64,000 nt of DNA, taken from positions 76,818,001 to 76,882,000 of the forward strand of contig OX597825.1 in the NCBI GenBank assembly GCA_951406725.2. The letters run 5' to 3'. Under the pieces are notes generated by a model. The model was not told where the DNA came from, did not search any database, and was given only the letters and a program-made list of their open reading frames with translations. Each line of letters starts with the position of its first letter. Position 1 is the first letter of the stretch. Positions 30,140 to 43,184 of the stretch are shown piece by piece. The position numbers and the translations under genes were made by a program. The stretch comes from Octopus vulgaris (Eukaryota).

Positions 30140-30915
30140 TATATTTTATTTGTTTTAGTCATTGTGTGTGGCCATGCTGGGGCACCGCCTTGAAGAATTT
30201 CTTGTCGAATGAATCGACCCCAGTAATTATTTGTTTTATTTTGCTTTGTTTTTTTTTAAAAAAAAAACTGGTACTTATCCTATTGATCTCTTTTGCTGAA
30301 CCGCCAGGTTACGGGGAAGTAAACGCATCAACACAGGTCGTCAAGCGGCGGTGCGGAATAAATACACACACACACACGCACGCACACACCTGCGCACACA
30401 CACGGGCGCACGCACGCATGCACACTCAAATGTATACACGCATGGGTGCTTCCTTTCAGTTTCCGCCTACCAGATCCATTCACATGGCTTTGGTAGGTCC
30501 GAAGCCGTTGTTGAAGACACTAACTCAAGGTGCCCCGCAGATGGACTGAACACGGAATCATGTGGTTGGAATGCAAGCTTCTTTTATCATTAGATTGGCC
30601 ATAAAGGCCTTACAAAGAAAAGAAGCTGCGGGCTGGACGAAGACAATGAAAGGAAATGATAAATGATATGATAATAATGAGGGCAACAAGCAATGCCCGC
30701 CGATTGCTGTTTACCCGAGCACATAGTTCTTTATAATACCATATTTGAGGCAACAAACTTCTTACACAGTTCAAAGCTTTAATGAGGCAATAAACCTCTC
30801 ACATTTCCAACACAAAATCCACTGTGAGGCAACAAACCTCTTACACAAGTCAATAAAAATTCAGCAAAACAACAAAATGGGTAGAATGCAAGCTTCTTAC
30901 CACACAGCCATACCT
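30140..30915 (-). mobile_element. Older SINE-B interrupted in its head by a TSD-flanked insert
   Basis: Tail at about 30140-30350, head at 30450-30583 resuming at 30899-30915. Confidence 0.7.
30584..30883 (-). mobile_element. Unclassified 300-bp retroposed insert with a 15-bp TSD
   Basis: GAATGCAAGCTTCTT at 30569-30583 and 30884-30898; strand inferred from the A-rich end. Confidence 0.7.
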
Positions 30916-31169
30916 GTGAACTCGTTGCGATATATTTTCTTTTATAGGTGTGAGGTAATTCCGAAAACAATCCTTTATTATTATGTGAATTGCCAAAATG
31001 GGAACAATCTCCCCCATACACTCCACTCTCTGTTAATATGTTCCTGCTTTTAGATATCTTGTGTTTGTTGAGACGAATAATTGTTTTATTACGAGTTGCG
31101 CTCAAAAAGTATCCGACGTTATTTTTTCCCGCTAAAACTAATGTCGCGTGAGCAAACACCTTTTGCTAA

Positions 31170-31822
31170 GGTTAGCTCGATGGGAATATATGTCAGGTAT
31201 CGATCTTCTAGCCGCCTCTTTAATCTGTGCCGATCTGCTGCCAATTCAAAAGTTTTCCAGTCTCTTATTCGTGACCTTTATGCAGATGACTGTGACTTAG
31301 GCATTCATACAGTGGATGACATGCAAATACTTACGAATCGTATGGCTGCTTCTTGCAAGGCATTTGGACTCAGCGTTAGCCTGGACAAGACTGCTGTAAT
31401 GTTCCAGCCTGCACCAGCTATCTTGGTTATGGAACCAGCTATCTTGGCTGAAGGAACAATACTGAAAGTGGTAGACAAGTTCGTCTACCTGGGCAGCACA
31501 CTCAGCCATTCTTGCTCCCTATATAATGAAATATCTTTCAGGCTGCAGAGAGCAACTGATTCCTTCTGGTCTTCCCAGCATGACATCACAAGGCAAGCAA
31601 AAATTGCTGTGTACCGGGCATGTGTACTGACATAGCTCCTTTACTCATATGCGGCATATACCTTTTACAAACGTCGAGTAAGGATCCTTGAACGCTTTCA
31701 TCAGAGGTGTCTGAGGCACATTCTGAATGTTGGCTGGACCTTAAAAACTCCAGACACATAGGTGCTGAGGAAAACTGATAGCTTGAGTACTGAGGCGATG
31801 GTGCACCAGCACCGGTTACGAT
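31170..31822 (+). mobile_element. RTE-clade reverse transcriptase fragment
   Basis: IYVRYRSSSRLFNL..LIRDLYADDC..FGLSVSLDKTAVMFQPAP..VVDKFVYLGSTLS..KIAVYRACVLT*LLY..LERFHQRCLRHIL. Confidence 0.9.
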
Positions 31823-32079
31823 AGAATAAATCCTGGATCGGTTTGCTCGACTAAAGGCAGTGCTCCAGCATGGTCGAAATCAAATGAAACAAATAAAAGA
31901 GTATACGTGCGTGTGTATGTATGCCATTGTTCAGTTTTATTTCAAGATTTCTGGCCAATGTACGTGCATATTGTTATGTAGAGAGCTTTATCAAGCAGCC
32001 TATAAAGAGAGCTGCTTCTTTCGATGTGTGTACTGTACATAATGTTATGTCAAACGATATATAAAGCTTCATCTAATAA

Positions 32080-32293
32080 TGATTTCAAATTTTGGTACAA
32101 GGCAGTGATTTCCGCAAAGTGGATTAAGTCGATTTCATCCCAGTGATCAACTGGTACTTATTTTATCAACTCCTGAAAAAAAACAAAAGCCTAAATCGAC
32201 CTCGGCGGAATTTGAACTCAGAACGTGAAGAGGAACGAAATACCGCTAAACATTTTGTCCGGCATGCTAACTATTCCACCTGCTCGCCACCCT
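32080..32293 (-). mobile_element. SINE family A, older subtype
   Basis: CGACCTCGGCGGAATTTGAACTCAG...CTCGCCACC. Confidence 0.8.
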
Positions 32294-32627
32294 TAAACGC
32301 TACATTTGATAAAATTTTATTTTATACACAGCTGCATCTAACAATTGTGTATATTATACATACAGCTGTTTCTATCAATATTTATACTATATAGATATCA
32401 TCAACGACCCGTCACTTAAAAAAAACAAAACTTTATAATGTATAGTGGAAAAATAAAATATCAAATGTGTATACGTTGTACTCATGTGAATTCCAAATTT
32501 TCAAATCTACTTGCAACGCAGCTATAGAAGAGATTGCATCCCCTGTAATAGTTAACAAATAGGGGCGCACCATCTAAGGACCAATATCTTTCTCTTGTAG
32601 GCGGAACTAATAGAATAGCATATTTAT

Positions 32628-32834
32628 CTCTTTTACTTGTTTCAGTCATTTGACTGCGGCCATGCTGGAGCACCGCCTTTAGTCGAGCAAATCGACCCCG
32701 GAACTTATTCTTTGTAAGCCCAGTACTTATTCTATCGGTCTCTTTTGCAGAACCGCTAAGTGACGGGGACGTAAACACACCAGCATCGGTTGTCAAGCAA
32801 TGCTAGGGGGACAAAAACAGACATACAAACACAC

Positions 32835-32892
<58 letters not shown>

Positions 32893-32902
32893 ACAAAAAC
32901 AG

Positions 32903-32942
<40 letters not shown>

Positions 32943-33070
32943 ATATATATATAATAATACATAGAAAACAGACAACAAACACCATATGGACAAAAACAAC
33001 ATCAAACACATATACATATATATATATATATATTATATATGATATATATAATATATATATATATACGACA

Positions 33071-33124
<54 letters not shown>

Positions 33125-33265
33125 TTTCAGTTTCCGTCTACCAAATCCACTCACAAAGCATTGGTCGGTCCGGGGCTATAGCAGAAGACACTTGCCCAAG
33201 TGGGACTGAACCCGGAACCATGTGGCTGGTTAGCAAGCTACTTACCACACAGCCACTCCTGCGCC
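32628..33265 (-). mobile_element. SINE family B with an expanded, rearranged internal microsatellite
   Basis: Tail 32628-32820, about 300 bp of (TA)n with repeated GGACAAAAAC, head 33121-33265. Confidence 0.9.
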
Positions 33266-33559
33266 TATGTATATATAAAGTTATTAAATAAATTAATATT
33301 TAAAATCCATCAACTATTATTGGTCAGTAAAACAGTCAGATAAAAGTAGTCGTGTGAATATTTGCTAATTTCAGTCATAATGGGAAGGGAATTTGGTCCT
33401 GGATATTGGTCCTCTCAAGGAAGTTCTCCCAGACAAGTTTAAGTACGTTAGGGCGGAATTGATTGCAAGCACAACAAGGCATCAGATCCAGCCTTCAATC
33501 GTCAGAAGAATAGAAACTGTCACAAAACCGAAAAGTCAAATCCACGATCTACAGTTCGG

Positions 33560-34130
33560 TTTTCGTGCCTATCCTCATCTAAAGTCACAAATGCTGAGTA
33601 AGGACCTGAAAGGTACAATCACGATTATATAAGGAGCTGAAATGAGATTCCTCCAAAGGAGGGTGCGTTGTTCAGAGATCAAGAAATCCCTCCAGATCGA
33701 AACGCTAATTCCACTACGACAGATATGTGACTAGATTTTCACAGGGAAGAATCGCAAGACGGATTCTTCAAGCCGAGGCGGCGAGTTGGCAGAAACGTTA
33801 GCACGCCAGGTGAAATGCTCAGCGATATTTCGTCTGCCGCTAGGTTCTGAGTTCAAATTCCGCCGAGGTCGACTTTGCCTTTCATCCTTTCGGGGTCGAT
33901 TAAATAAGTACCAGTTATGCACTGGGGTCGATATAATCGACTTAATCCGTTTGTCTGTCCTTGTCTGTCCCTCTGTGTTTAGCCCCTTGTGGGTAGTAAA
34001 AAAATAGGATTCTTCAAGCCGATCCAATCAGCAGGAGACCTCGAAGTAGCGCATGAATGAAACTGTTGAATAATATCCATTGCCTCAGTTGTAAATCCAC
34101 CCGGAACGTGTAATGACGGTTACATTTGAG
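33560..34130 (+). mobile_element. RTE (Expander/Rex3-like) fragment split by a SINE-A
   Basis: GAEMRFLQRRVRCSEIKKSLQIE...GRIARRILQA[SINE]DPISRRPR; same family as 15270-15860. Confidence 0.65.
33777..34006 (+). mobile_element. SINE family A, full-length young copy with a perfect 16-bp TSD
   Basis: TSD GGATTCTTCAAGCCGA at 33761-33776 and 34007-34022. Confidence 0.95.
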
Positions 34131-34423
34131 AGGATCCTATGACCGGACTCTGACCCACCACTCACCCAGGATTAGCGGGCGGAGAAGAGATATGGAGTTT
34201 TCGATTCGTTACTTTCTGAAACGGTAACACCATCTGCTTCGTCTTTTTTAATATAATGAACGATATGATCCCTTTACGTGAGTTTATTTATTTACACTGC
34301 AATAAACTCATTAAACTTTCTCGTAAGCACTCCTCTGTATCACTTGTTACTGACGAAGACAGACCCGAGCGTTGGTTATCAGATATTATCCTGTAGTTCA
34401 TTCAGTCAGTAAGACCTACATCC

Positions 34424-34606
<183 letters not shown>

Positions 34607-35789
34607 GATCTGTCTGTCTGTCTGTCTGTCTGTTATTTTTCCCTCTTTCAACTTATCTATTTATCTCACTGACTATTTAGAAACTAGTATGTGTACTAAT
34701 TTATTTATCTTCCTGTCGGTTTATCTTTCTCTTTCTCTCTCTCTCTCTCCGTCCGTCCACCTGTCTCTATCAGTCTACCTGTCTGTTTGTCTGTCTATCT
34801 ATATCTATCTATCCTTATCTATTTATCTATTTTTACCTATTTTATCTATTTACCAATCAACCAATCTAGTTCTCTATCTTCCTAACAATACATATTTGCA
34901 TGTATCCATCTATCCTAACACATACTTACACTCACGTACACATACACATAAGTACATATCCATGCTAAGACAATCTCTTTCCTACTTATTTTAAAATATA
35001 TATTTAATACATATTTTTCACACGTATAATTAGTACATAAAACATTTTATGTCATCTAAAGCCTCATTACTTCATAAACCCCCAACAGCTAACCAACTTC
35101 CTAAACTACAGAACATCATATCTGTTGCATTTTCTGGTCATGGTTTAACATTTCACTCACTTTAGAACAATTTACCTGCTGTGTAAACCCTAATTTTATT
35201 CCATTCATACAAACATTTGAATGAAGGTGACGAATTCTGCTGGCTCTCTAGGTCTTCGGTTCAAATCCTGTCGAGGATGACTTCGCTTTTCATCCCTTCT
35301 GGGTCGGTGATATAAAGTACCAATCAATATAATTGATTTTCGCCATCCCCTCAAAATTATTTGTCTTGAGTCCTGCAACGGACTGGTGTCCAATTCAGAG
35401 CGAATAACATAATCTCTGTCACTTATATACCATAGAAACTGAGTTTCAGGCTTTATGAATCCTAGGGCTAGAAAAAACAAAAAAAAACATTTGAATTTCT
35501 TTTTTGATTATTTATTTTTCTTTTAGTTTCATCTCCTTTTCCGATAAATACGATATAAATTTATCGTATTTTCCTTAATTTTTTTCATCGACGTTAATGT
35601 CCACATTCCTGGCGGTGTTACTATAATATTACTGTACAGAGAAAGGCGGCGAGCTGGCAGAATCGTTAGTCGCCGGACAAAATGTTTAGCGGTATTTCAT
35701 CCGTTCTTACTTTCTGAGTTCATATTCGGCTCAGGCCGACTTTGCTTTTATACTTCTAGTAATTGTTGAAATCAATCCTCTTGATAACT

Positions 35790-36250
35790 GATAGCATTAT
35801 TCGTTTTTAAAGCATCATTTACACTCCCACACCTGCTGGTACGCAGAACAGTTATACGGATTCACAACTAACAGATTCAAGGCTCGTTACAAACAACCTA
35901 CATATTCCTTTAGGTCTAAGGACATCACTTTTTTTTATCCTGATTTCACTCGAAGCTCACAACGACATCACAACCCTGCAATATTTGAGATTATTTTTCA
36001 AAGAGCAACTCTATATTACAACAGACTACATAACTAAACTTTATTGATTACAAATATCGAGACAGCAATAGCAGTTAACAGAAAATCTGATATGCTGTCT
36101 GACTATCGTCACAGGTGGGTATTCCTTTTGGACAACATATAGTACTCTATAGAATTCTCGACCTGGGCCCATGCATACGAAAACACCCTTGTTGATGAAT
36201 ATGCTTCTTGACTGGTATGTTTCCTTTACGATTCAGCAGATACGTCAGCA
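35790..36250 (+). mobile_element. Penelope-like GIY-YIG endonuclease C-terminal remnant
   Basis: GFTTNRFKARYKQPTYSFRSKD and NRKSDMLSDYRHRWVFLLDNI*, resembling FKxRYxNHxxSF and LNKRSELxSxCRH. Confidence 0.6.
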
Positions 36251-36754
36251 TCTTCCAATTAGAGGTACTTCACAGTATATGTGTGTATGTATGTATGTAT
36301 GATCGTGTTTTCATATTTTCCGTTTCGCTGATTGACAACTGATTTGGGCTCGTTTCCGTCGCCGTAACCTGGCAGTTCGGCAAACATTCTTCGATAAAAT
36401 AAGTAGCAGACATACTTTAAATACTGACTTCAGTATGCTCAATAAAGTACTTGAGCGGGGTAATGGTCCCCTCCCCCATCAACCACCACATGTCTGCAGT
36501 CCGATGACTGACACGAGTAAAAAACTAAAAAGAAAAGAATATACATATACACACGAGGACGTAAACACACCAACACCGATTGTCAAGCAGAGGAGTGGGG
36601 AAAAATACAGACAGCAAGTCATACACATACACACACACACATATATTTATATATATGTGTGTGTGTGTGTGTGTGTAAATATATATATATATGCATATAT
36701 ACATATATACATATATATATACATACATATATATATATACATATATATACATAC

Positions 36755-36798
<44 letters not shown>

Positions 36799-36825
36799 CT
36801 ATAATATCTATCTATCTATCTATTT

Positions 36826-36857
<32 letters not shown>

Positions 36858-38106
36858 GCATATATGCAACGGGAGTCATTCATTCCGTCTACCAAATCGT
36901 CTCACAAAGAGTGAATTTGGCTGACCCATCATCAGGTTGGGAAGGAAACTTCCTACCACGCACTTCCCCCCTGCGCCTATCTGTACATCCGCACAATCAA
37001 TAATATATACATACATACATATACAAATGCATACATACATAGATACATACGTACATTCATACATATATATACATACATACGTACAAACATGCATGCATGT
37101 ATACATACCTACATACGTACGTACACTCAACCATGCGTGCTTGCATACATAGCCATACATACAACCACGTATAAACACACATACAAAAAAACATACATAC
37201 ATACACACATACATACATACATACATACATACACACACATACATACATACATACATACATACACACATACATACATACATACATACATACACACACACAT
37301 ACATACATACATACATACATGCATGCATACATACATACATACATACATACACACACATACATACATACATACATACATACATACATACACACACACATAC
37401 ATGCATACATACATACATACATACATACATACATACATACACACATACATACATACATACATACATACATACATACATACATACATACATACATACATAC
37501 ATACATACATACATACATACATACATACATACATACATACATACATACAATATTTTCTTAACTTAATATATTATTAGATTTTAAGCCGAACATAGAAGTC
37601 TTTAGAAAATTTCCCATTTCTGGTTTTCACGACTCGAAGAATATGGTGGTGAGGCCATAAGATGTCTTTCATTCTTCATTTCCTTCCTTCCGTTCTTTTT
37701 TCCTTTCTTTCTTTCTCTCTTTTTTCTTTCTTTCTTTCTTTTCTTTTCTTTTCTTTATCTATTACTTTATATTTTTCTTAAACACACACACAAACACATA
37801 CACACATACAAAGCTGTTGGTTTGTACTATTCATCTAAGAACTCGACAAAAATCTGCACAGGATTCTATAAGGAATATTCTTCTGTCAATTCAACTCAAC
37901 TGTGCCAACATAATCGATTTACATTTTTTTTTATCTATATCTATTGAAAACGAAGAAAACAAAAGTAAAAAAAATAACACATACAAAACACATATGTATA
38001 CACACAACATATATATATACATGTATGTATGTATATTCATATATGCAAGTATATATACATACATACATACATATATATATATATATATGTCCACATATAT
38101 ATATAC

Positions 38107-38147
<41 letters not shown>

Positions 38148-38514
38148 CATACACATATACATACACAGCACTTTCTTCTCCGTCTTGCTCGACGCCATCA
38201 GCAAAACCGAAAGCGCCAACATCCAAGACTAAGAAAACCATCAACTTAAACAACAACAAAAGTAGCAAACAATAATGGTAAAACACCAACAACAACAACA
38301 ACAGCAACAACAATGATAACAACTCCAACAGCAGCAGCAGCAGCAGCAGCAGCAAGATATACAGTTTATTGGATACAGACAGACGTATGTAGAACGAAAA
38401 AGAATACACCCATATTGAATCTACAGAACAGCTATGCTCCCCTATAGACAGACGTATAGATACACATAGACACATAGATAGAATCATACATACGTACGTG
38501 CATATATATATATA

Positions 38515-38573
<59 letters not shown>

Positions 38574-38638
38574 GCATGCATGTATGTATGTATGTATGTA
38601 TGTATGTATGTATGTATGTATGTATGTATGTATGTATG

Positions 38639-38682
<44 letters not shown>

Positions 38683-38735
38683 CATATACGTATGTACATA
38701 CTTATATGTGTATATGTGTGTATATATATGTATGC

Positions 38736-38798
<63 letters not shown>

Positions 38799-38845
38799 TA
38801 TATACATGCACACACAGATTTATGTATAAGTGTGTGTGCGTGTTG

Positions 38846-38901
<56 letters not shown>

Positions 38902-39178
38902 CACTAAGACAGAAATATACACAGAATTAACTCTCACATACATGTTTATGCACAAATATAATCGACACATACCTACATATATACATTCCCACTTGCTCAC
39001 ACATGCACGCACACATATCCATATCACTCTCTTCACACTTCATTCAGTTCTTACCAAAAAAAAAGTATTCCCATTCATTTCCATTTCGACAAAACTCAGA
39101 GAGAGAGAGAGAGAGAGAGAGATGTCCATACGAATACATATATATGCACATATGTATGTATATACAACAGATATATAG

Positions 39179-39215
<37 letters not shown>

Positions 39216-39221
39216 TATATA

Positions 39222-39275
<54 letters not shown>

Positions 39276-39288
39276 TATATTATATATA

Positions 39289-39430
<142 letters not shown>

Positions 39431-40294
39431 GGGTGAAAGATAAAAGAAATTGTGAAAGTGAAAGTAGGGGGAGTGAGGGAGAGAGAGAGAATGAACAAAT
39501 ATGGAACGTAGAATGCAGAGATAGTGAATATAGGATTTTTCTAGGGAACAAAAACTGAAAGCGTTGCATATCAATTTGGTGTTTGATGTAATCACTACCT
39601 GAGCGCCATCTCACGGACGATGGCAAAGCAAGATGAGATAATTCGATGGCATTTCAATAGTTTGGTATAGTTTCGATTTTTCTTTTCTGTTTTTTTTGTT
39701 ACTAATTTCTTATTTGTTCTCTTCTTGAGTTGAAGAACGTTGGGGATTGGGTATATAGGTATGATGGTGGGGGTGGGTGCTTTGTTCCCCCTTCTCTTCT
39801 CCCCCACTTTTTGCTTCCCTTCCTCCTCCTTTTAAAGATTTTTGCTCTATTTCTCCTCTGTTTGTAACGTTGCCTTAGTTGTTGTTTTTGTAGTTGTTGT
39901 CGGTACTCGTCGGACGGAAGACTTACTTAATGATCTAACTCGTTTCAGTCGTGGAAATCGGGTTCCCGCCTTTTTGCTTATCATTGTCTAGTTTGCCAAA
40001 GGAATTCTTTATTTAAGAAAGTAAGGTGCAGTGTGATGGAAATTCCGTTGCTATTTCTAGACGTTTGTATGAACCCTTGGTGTTTCCCCACGCTGACCTT
40101 TATTGCTGTTGCTGCTTTGTTTGTTTGTTTGTTGAGCGAAGCGGTCTTCGTCCCAGAGCTCGCAAGATCGCACCTCAGGATTGCCTGTGGTGGGAGAAGT
40201 TCGAAACGTGGTCCTTTGCTATTCGAAAGACCCGCAGAAGAGAAAGCAGGTCAACTCCCGACACCGAGAGCATCGACGGATGGATGAATGCGCA

Positions 40295-40498
40295 TCAAGG
40301 CTCAGCGGTTGCGTTTGAAGTCGGGGTGCTGTTGCTCCTGTTGCTGCTGCTACTGCTGTTGTTGTTGTTGTAACAGTGGTCAGTGCCACTAAGTTTGTTG
40401 CTCTCATCGTTGTTCCTGCAGATTTTACTTTCTTTTAGTGTTGTTGTTGCCAAAGCTGATACTGACAAACTCCCAACACCAACTGATACCAGATTAGG
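40295..40498 (-). CDS. Candidate terminal coding exon of an unidentified minus-strand gene
   Basis: Acceptor TTGTGTTGTAG, then 67 open codons PNLVSVGVGSLSVSALATTTLKESKICRNNDESNKLSGTDHCYNNNNSSSSSNRSNSTPTSNATAEP*; AATAAA on minus at 40099-40104 and 40008-40013; no recognisable domain. Confidence 0.3.
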   Translation of the reverse strand, partial: PNLVSVGVGSLSVSALATTTLKESKICRNNDESNKLSGTDHCYNNNNSSSSSNRSNSTPTSNATAEP

Positions 40499-40499
40499 C

Positions 40500-40680
40500 T
40501 ACAACACAACTCACAGCACAGTAACTCACAACACAACAATTCACAACACAGTAACTAACAATACACTTCACGATACAGTAACTAACCATTTTACAGCTCA
40601 CAACACCGAATCTAAGAACACAACAACTCACAACACAGCAAATCACAACGTATTAAATAACAACACAATTCCCAACATAC
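40500..40680. repeat. Degenerate 15-bp minisatellite (CACAACACAGTAACT)
   Basis: About a dozen diverged units read directly. Confidence 0.75.
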
Positions 40681-40736
40681 TAACAATATTTAGCTACAAT
40701 TACCATAACTGCAACCCAGATTCGAAATTTCCCCAA

Positions 40737-40782
40737 GACACCTGATGAAGGCTGGAGAGTATATCAGCCGAAACGTTGTGTC
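40737..40782 (+). ncRNA. Minimal type I hammerhead ribozyme motif (Penelope terminal-repeat type)
   Basis: Stem I GACAC/GTGTC, core CTGATGA plus one extra A, stem II GGCTG/CAGCC, GAAA, palindromic AACGTT in place of stem III, cleavage triplet GTT. Confidence 0.7.
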
Positions 40783-40979
40783 AAAAACAAACAATATGAG
40801 GACAAATATCCGTCAAATGTAAATAATTTAAATAATCTAATTATATTTATTTATAAAAAGGATTTTTATATACATCGAAAGGCTCTGAGGTTCCAGTAGA
40901 GTGAACTAAAAATCAAAGGGATTCATAGGCAAAAAATGTGGTTGGGAACCATTAATATAACATTAACCTAGATGTGTAA

Positions 40980-41460
40980 GGAGGCGAGCTGGCAGAAACG
41001 TTAGCACGCCGGGCGAAATGCTTAGCGGTATTTCGTCTCCCGTTACGTTCTGAGTGTAAATTCCACCGAGGTCGACTTTACCTTTCATCCTTTCGGGGTC
41101 GATAAATTAAGTACCAGTTACGTACTGGGGTCGATATAATCGAATTAACCCGTTTGTCTGTCTTTGTTTGTCCTCTCTGTGTTTAGCCCCTTGTGGGTAA
41201 TAAAGAAATAGGTATTTCGTGTCCCGTTACGTTCTGAGTTTAAATTCCACAGAGGTCGACTTTGCCTTTCATCCTTTCGGGGTCGATAAATTAAGTACCA
41301 GTTACGCACTGGGGTCGATATAATCGAATTAACCCGTTTGTCTGTTTTTGTTTGACCTCTCTGTGTTTAGCCCCTTTTGGGTAGTAAAGAAATATGTATT
41401 CGTTCGCTTTCACGTTCTGAGTTCAAATTATGCAGAGGTCAACTTTGTCTTTGGCCTAGT
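40980..41460 (+). mobile_element. SINE-A tandem array: head, two 184-nt units, then an older partial copy
   Basis: Units 41027-41210 and 41211-41394 both start GGTATTTCGT; a third diverged unit starts at 41395. Confidence 0.9.
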
Positions 41461-41761
41461 GCCAAAAAAATCTGAAAATAATATAGATCATTGCATGTCA
41501 TAGAGCTAAGCACAAACATCGTCATTGATACAACACAAAACGTAACACAGGGCACTATGAGACAATGAGGTCACTTGGCCGGCTAAATGTAGCAACCGAA
41601 TCACCCTCAAAACATAACGATCTACGAATGGAAGCAACGGATGCGAATTGGGCAGGTTTAGATGTCTCTAATATGATATGATGGCCATAACTGCAGTATA
41701 CAGCAGATCGAATGTCAGCAGTGGCAGAGGGCTAAATGACAACAACAGCAGCAGTAGCAGC

Positions 41762-42290
41762 GGAGGCGCAATGGCCCAGTGGTTAGGGCAGTGGAGTCGC
41801 AGTCGTAAAAAATGTGGTTTCGATTCCCAGGTTGGGCATTGTGAGTGTTTATTGAGCAAAAGCACCTAAGCTGCACGAGGCTCCGGCGTGTGTGTGTGGG
41901 GGGGGACCCCGCTGTACTCTTTCACCACAACTGTCTCTCACTCTTTCTTCCTACTTCTGCCACAAAGCAGAGGAACCATGGGGTAACCCACTATGGTGTG
42001 GTAAACTTTCAGACCCTAGTCTAGATTGCGAATCCTCTGTACCCCAGGATGGTTCAGTTCTCCACCCGTTAAAAGCCACCGTTTACGGAATGAGGATAAC
42101 AACGTAGTTTTCGCGCCCGTGCAACAACCAGTCTATCGCATGTGGTGGGTGGATCTTCAAGTTGCCACACGCATTCTTAGTAGCTTAGAGTAGGCTCGAA
42201 TTAGAGATTATTCTTTGTGGCTAATGGCGTGAGTCCTGGTTGGAAGAAGAAGAAGAAGAAGAAGAAGAAGAAGAAGAAGAAAAGGAAGAA
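41762..42290 (+). mobile_element. Third tRNA-derived SINE type (family E) with a (GAA)n tail
   Basis: GGAGGCGCAATGGCCCAGTGGTTAGGGCAG (A box), GGTTTCGATTCCC (B box); ends GGCGTGAGTCCTGGTTG(GAA)n; may be two joined elements. Confidence 0.6.
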
Positions 42291-42359
42291 GATGCGGCAA
42301 CAGCAATAATAACAACAACGACCATGAGTGAGGTTCTATGATGTTTATGCCATGTAAAA

Positions 42360-42905
42360 AAAAAACAGGCAAATCTCCCTCAAATCACCTCTTAAAAGAT
42401 AAAAAGGTTACATATTAGATAATGTAGTCGTAGATCGTTGCCTTAAGATAAAATAGAGTGGTCACGGCTGGAAGGTGTTTGACTGTAGGCCTGCTGTATC
42501 AAGACTGACCAGTGGCGGAGCAAAGCAACAACGAATTAGCGGCTGCGGAGTCGCATTCCATGCTATAAAAAGCAGTTAAATCTCATTCAAATCACATCTT
42601 CCCACCAGGGTCGTTTTAACAGAATTATTGGCGCCCGAGGAAAGCAATAGACAGAGGCCCCTTACATACACAACAACAACGCCAGTAGGTTAGCATGAGA
42701 CCCCTAGTCCCGTGGGACCCCCGAGAAACTGTCTAGTGTGTGTTAATACTTTAAGACGGCTCTACCTCCTGCTTTGAAAGAAATGCTGTGTATTAAATAA
42801 CTTAGACATAGATACGCTGCCTAAATATAAAACGGAGAGGTCACGGTTGGAAGACGGTTGATCATAGACCTGTTGTATTAAGACTGACCAGTGGCTAAAC
42901 AACAA
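42360..42905 (+). repeat. Two tandem copies of an old interspersed repeat (family C); further remnants near 1790-1970(-), 3860-4000, 41570-41740 and 50550-50720
   Basis: Shared AAATCTCCCTCAAATCAC...GGTCACGGCTGGAAG...AAGACTGACCAGTGGC. Confidence 0.6.
42606..42764. mobile_element. hAT-like MITE nested in family C
   Basis: TIRs CAGGGTCGTTTTAA and TTAAGACGGCTCT; TSD is degenerate. Confidence 0.55.
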
Positions 42906-43142
42906 CGAGGACGATGACGACGGCAACCAGAACATCAGGCACAACAAAATCTCTGTAGTGAAATTCATAGAAATCCACAAGACAGACGTAAGCAGAATTG
43001 ATGGCTATAGACCTAAGATATCAAGCAGTCTTCTGAGAAATCAGTTACTTATCGATCTATTGATTCTTATATCTTAGATTGGCTAGGTCTATTGGCGTTA
43101 TTTTGGTGCCATTCTTACATCAAGTCTCTCTCTCTATCACCC

Positions 43143-43184
<42 letters not shown>

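Noticed and set aside
30746-30846. Repeat-spacer pattern resembling a mini CRISPR array
   Set aside because: Only 3 imperfect repeats, short unequal spacers, eukaryotic context, no cas genes, and it lies inside a TSD-flanked insert
34350-34420. CTGACGA hammerhead core
   Set aside because: No downstream stem II/GAAA partner
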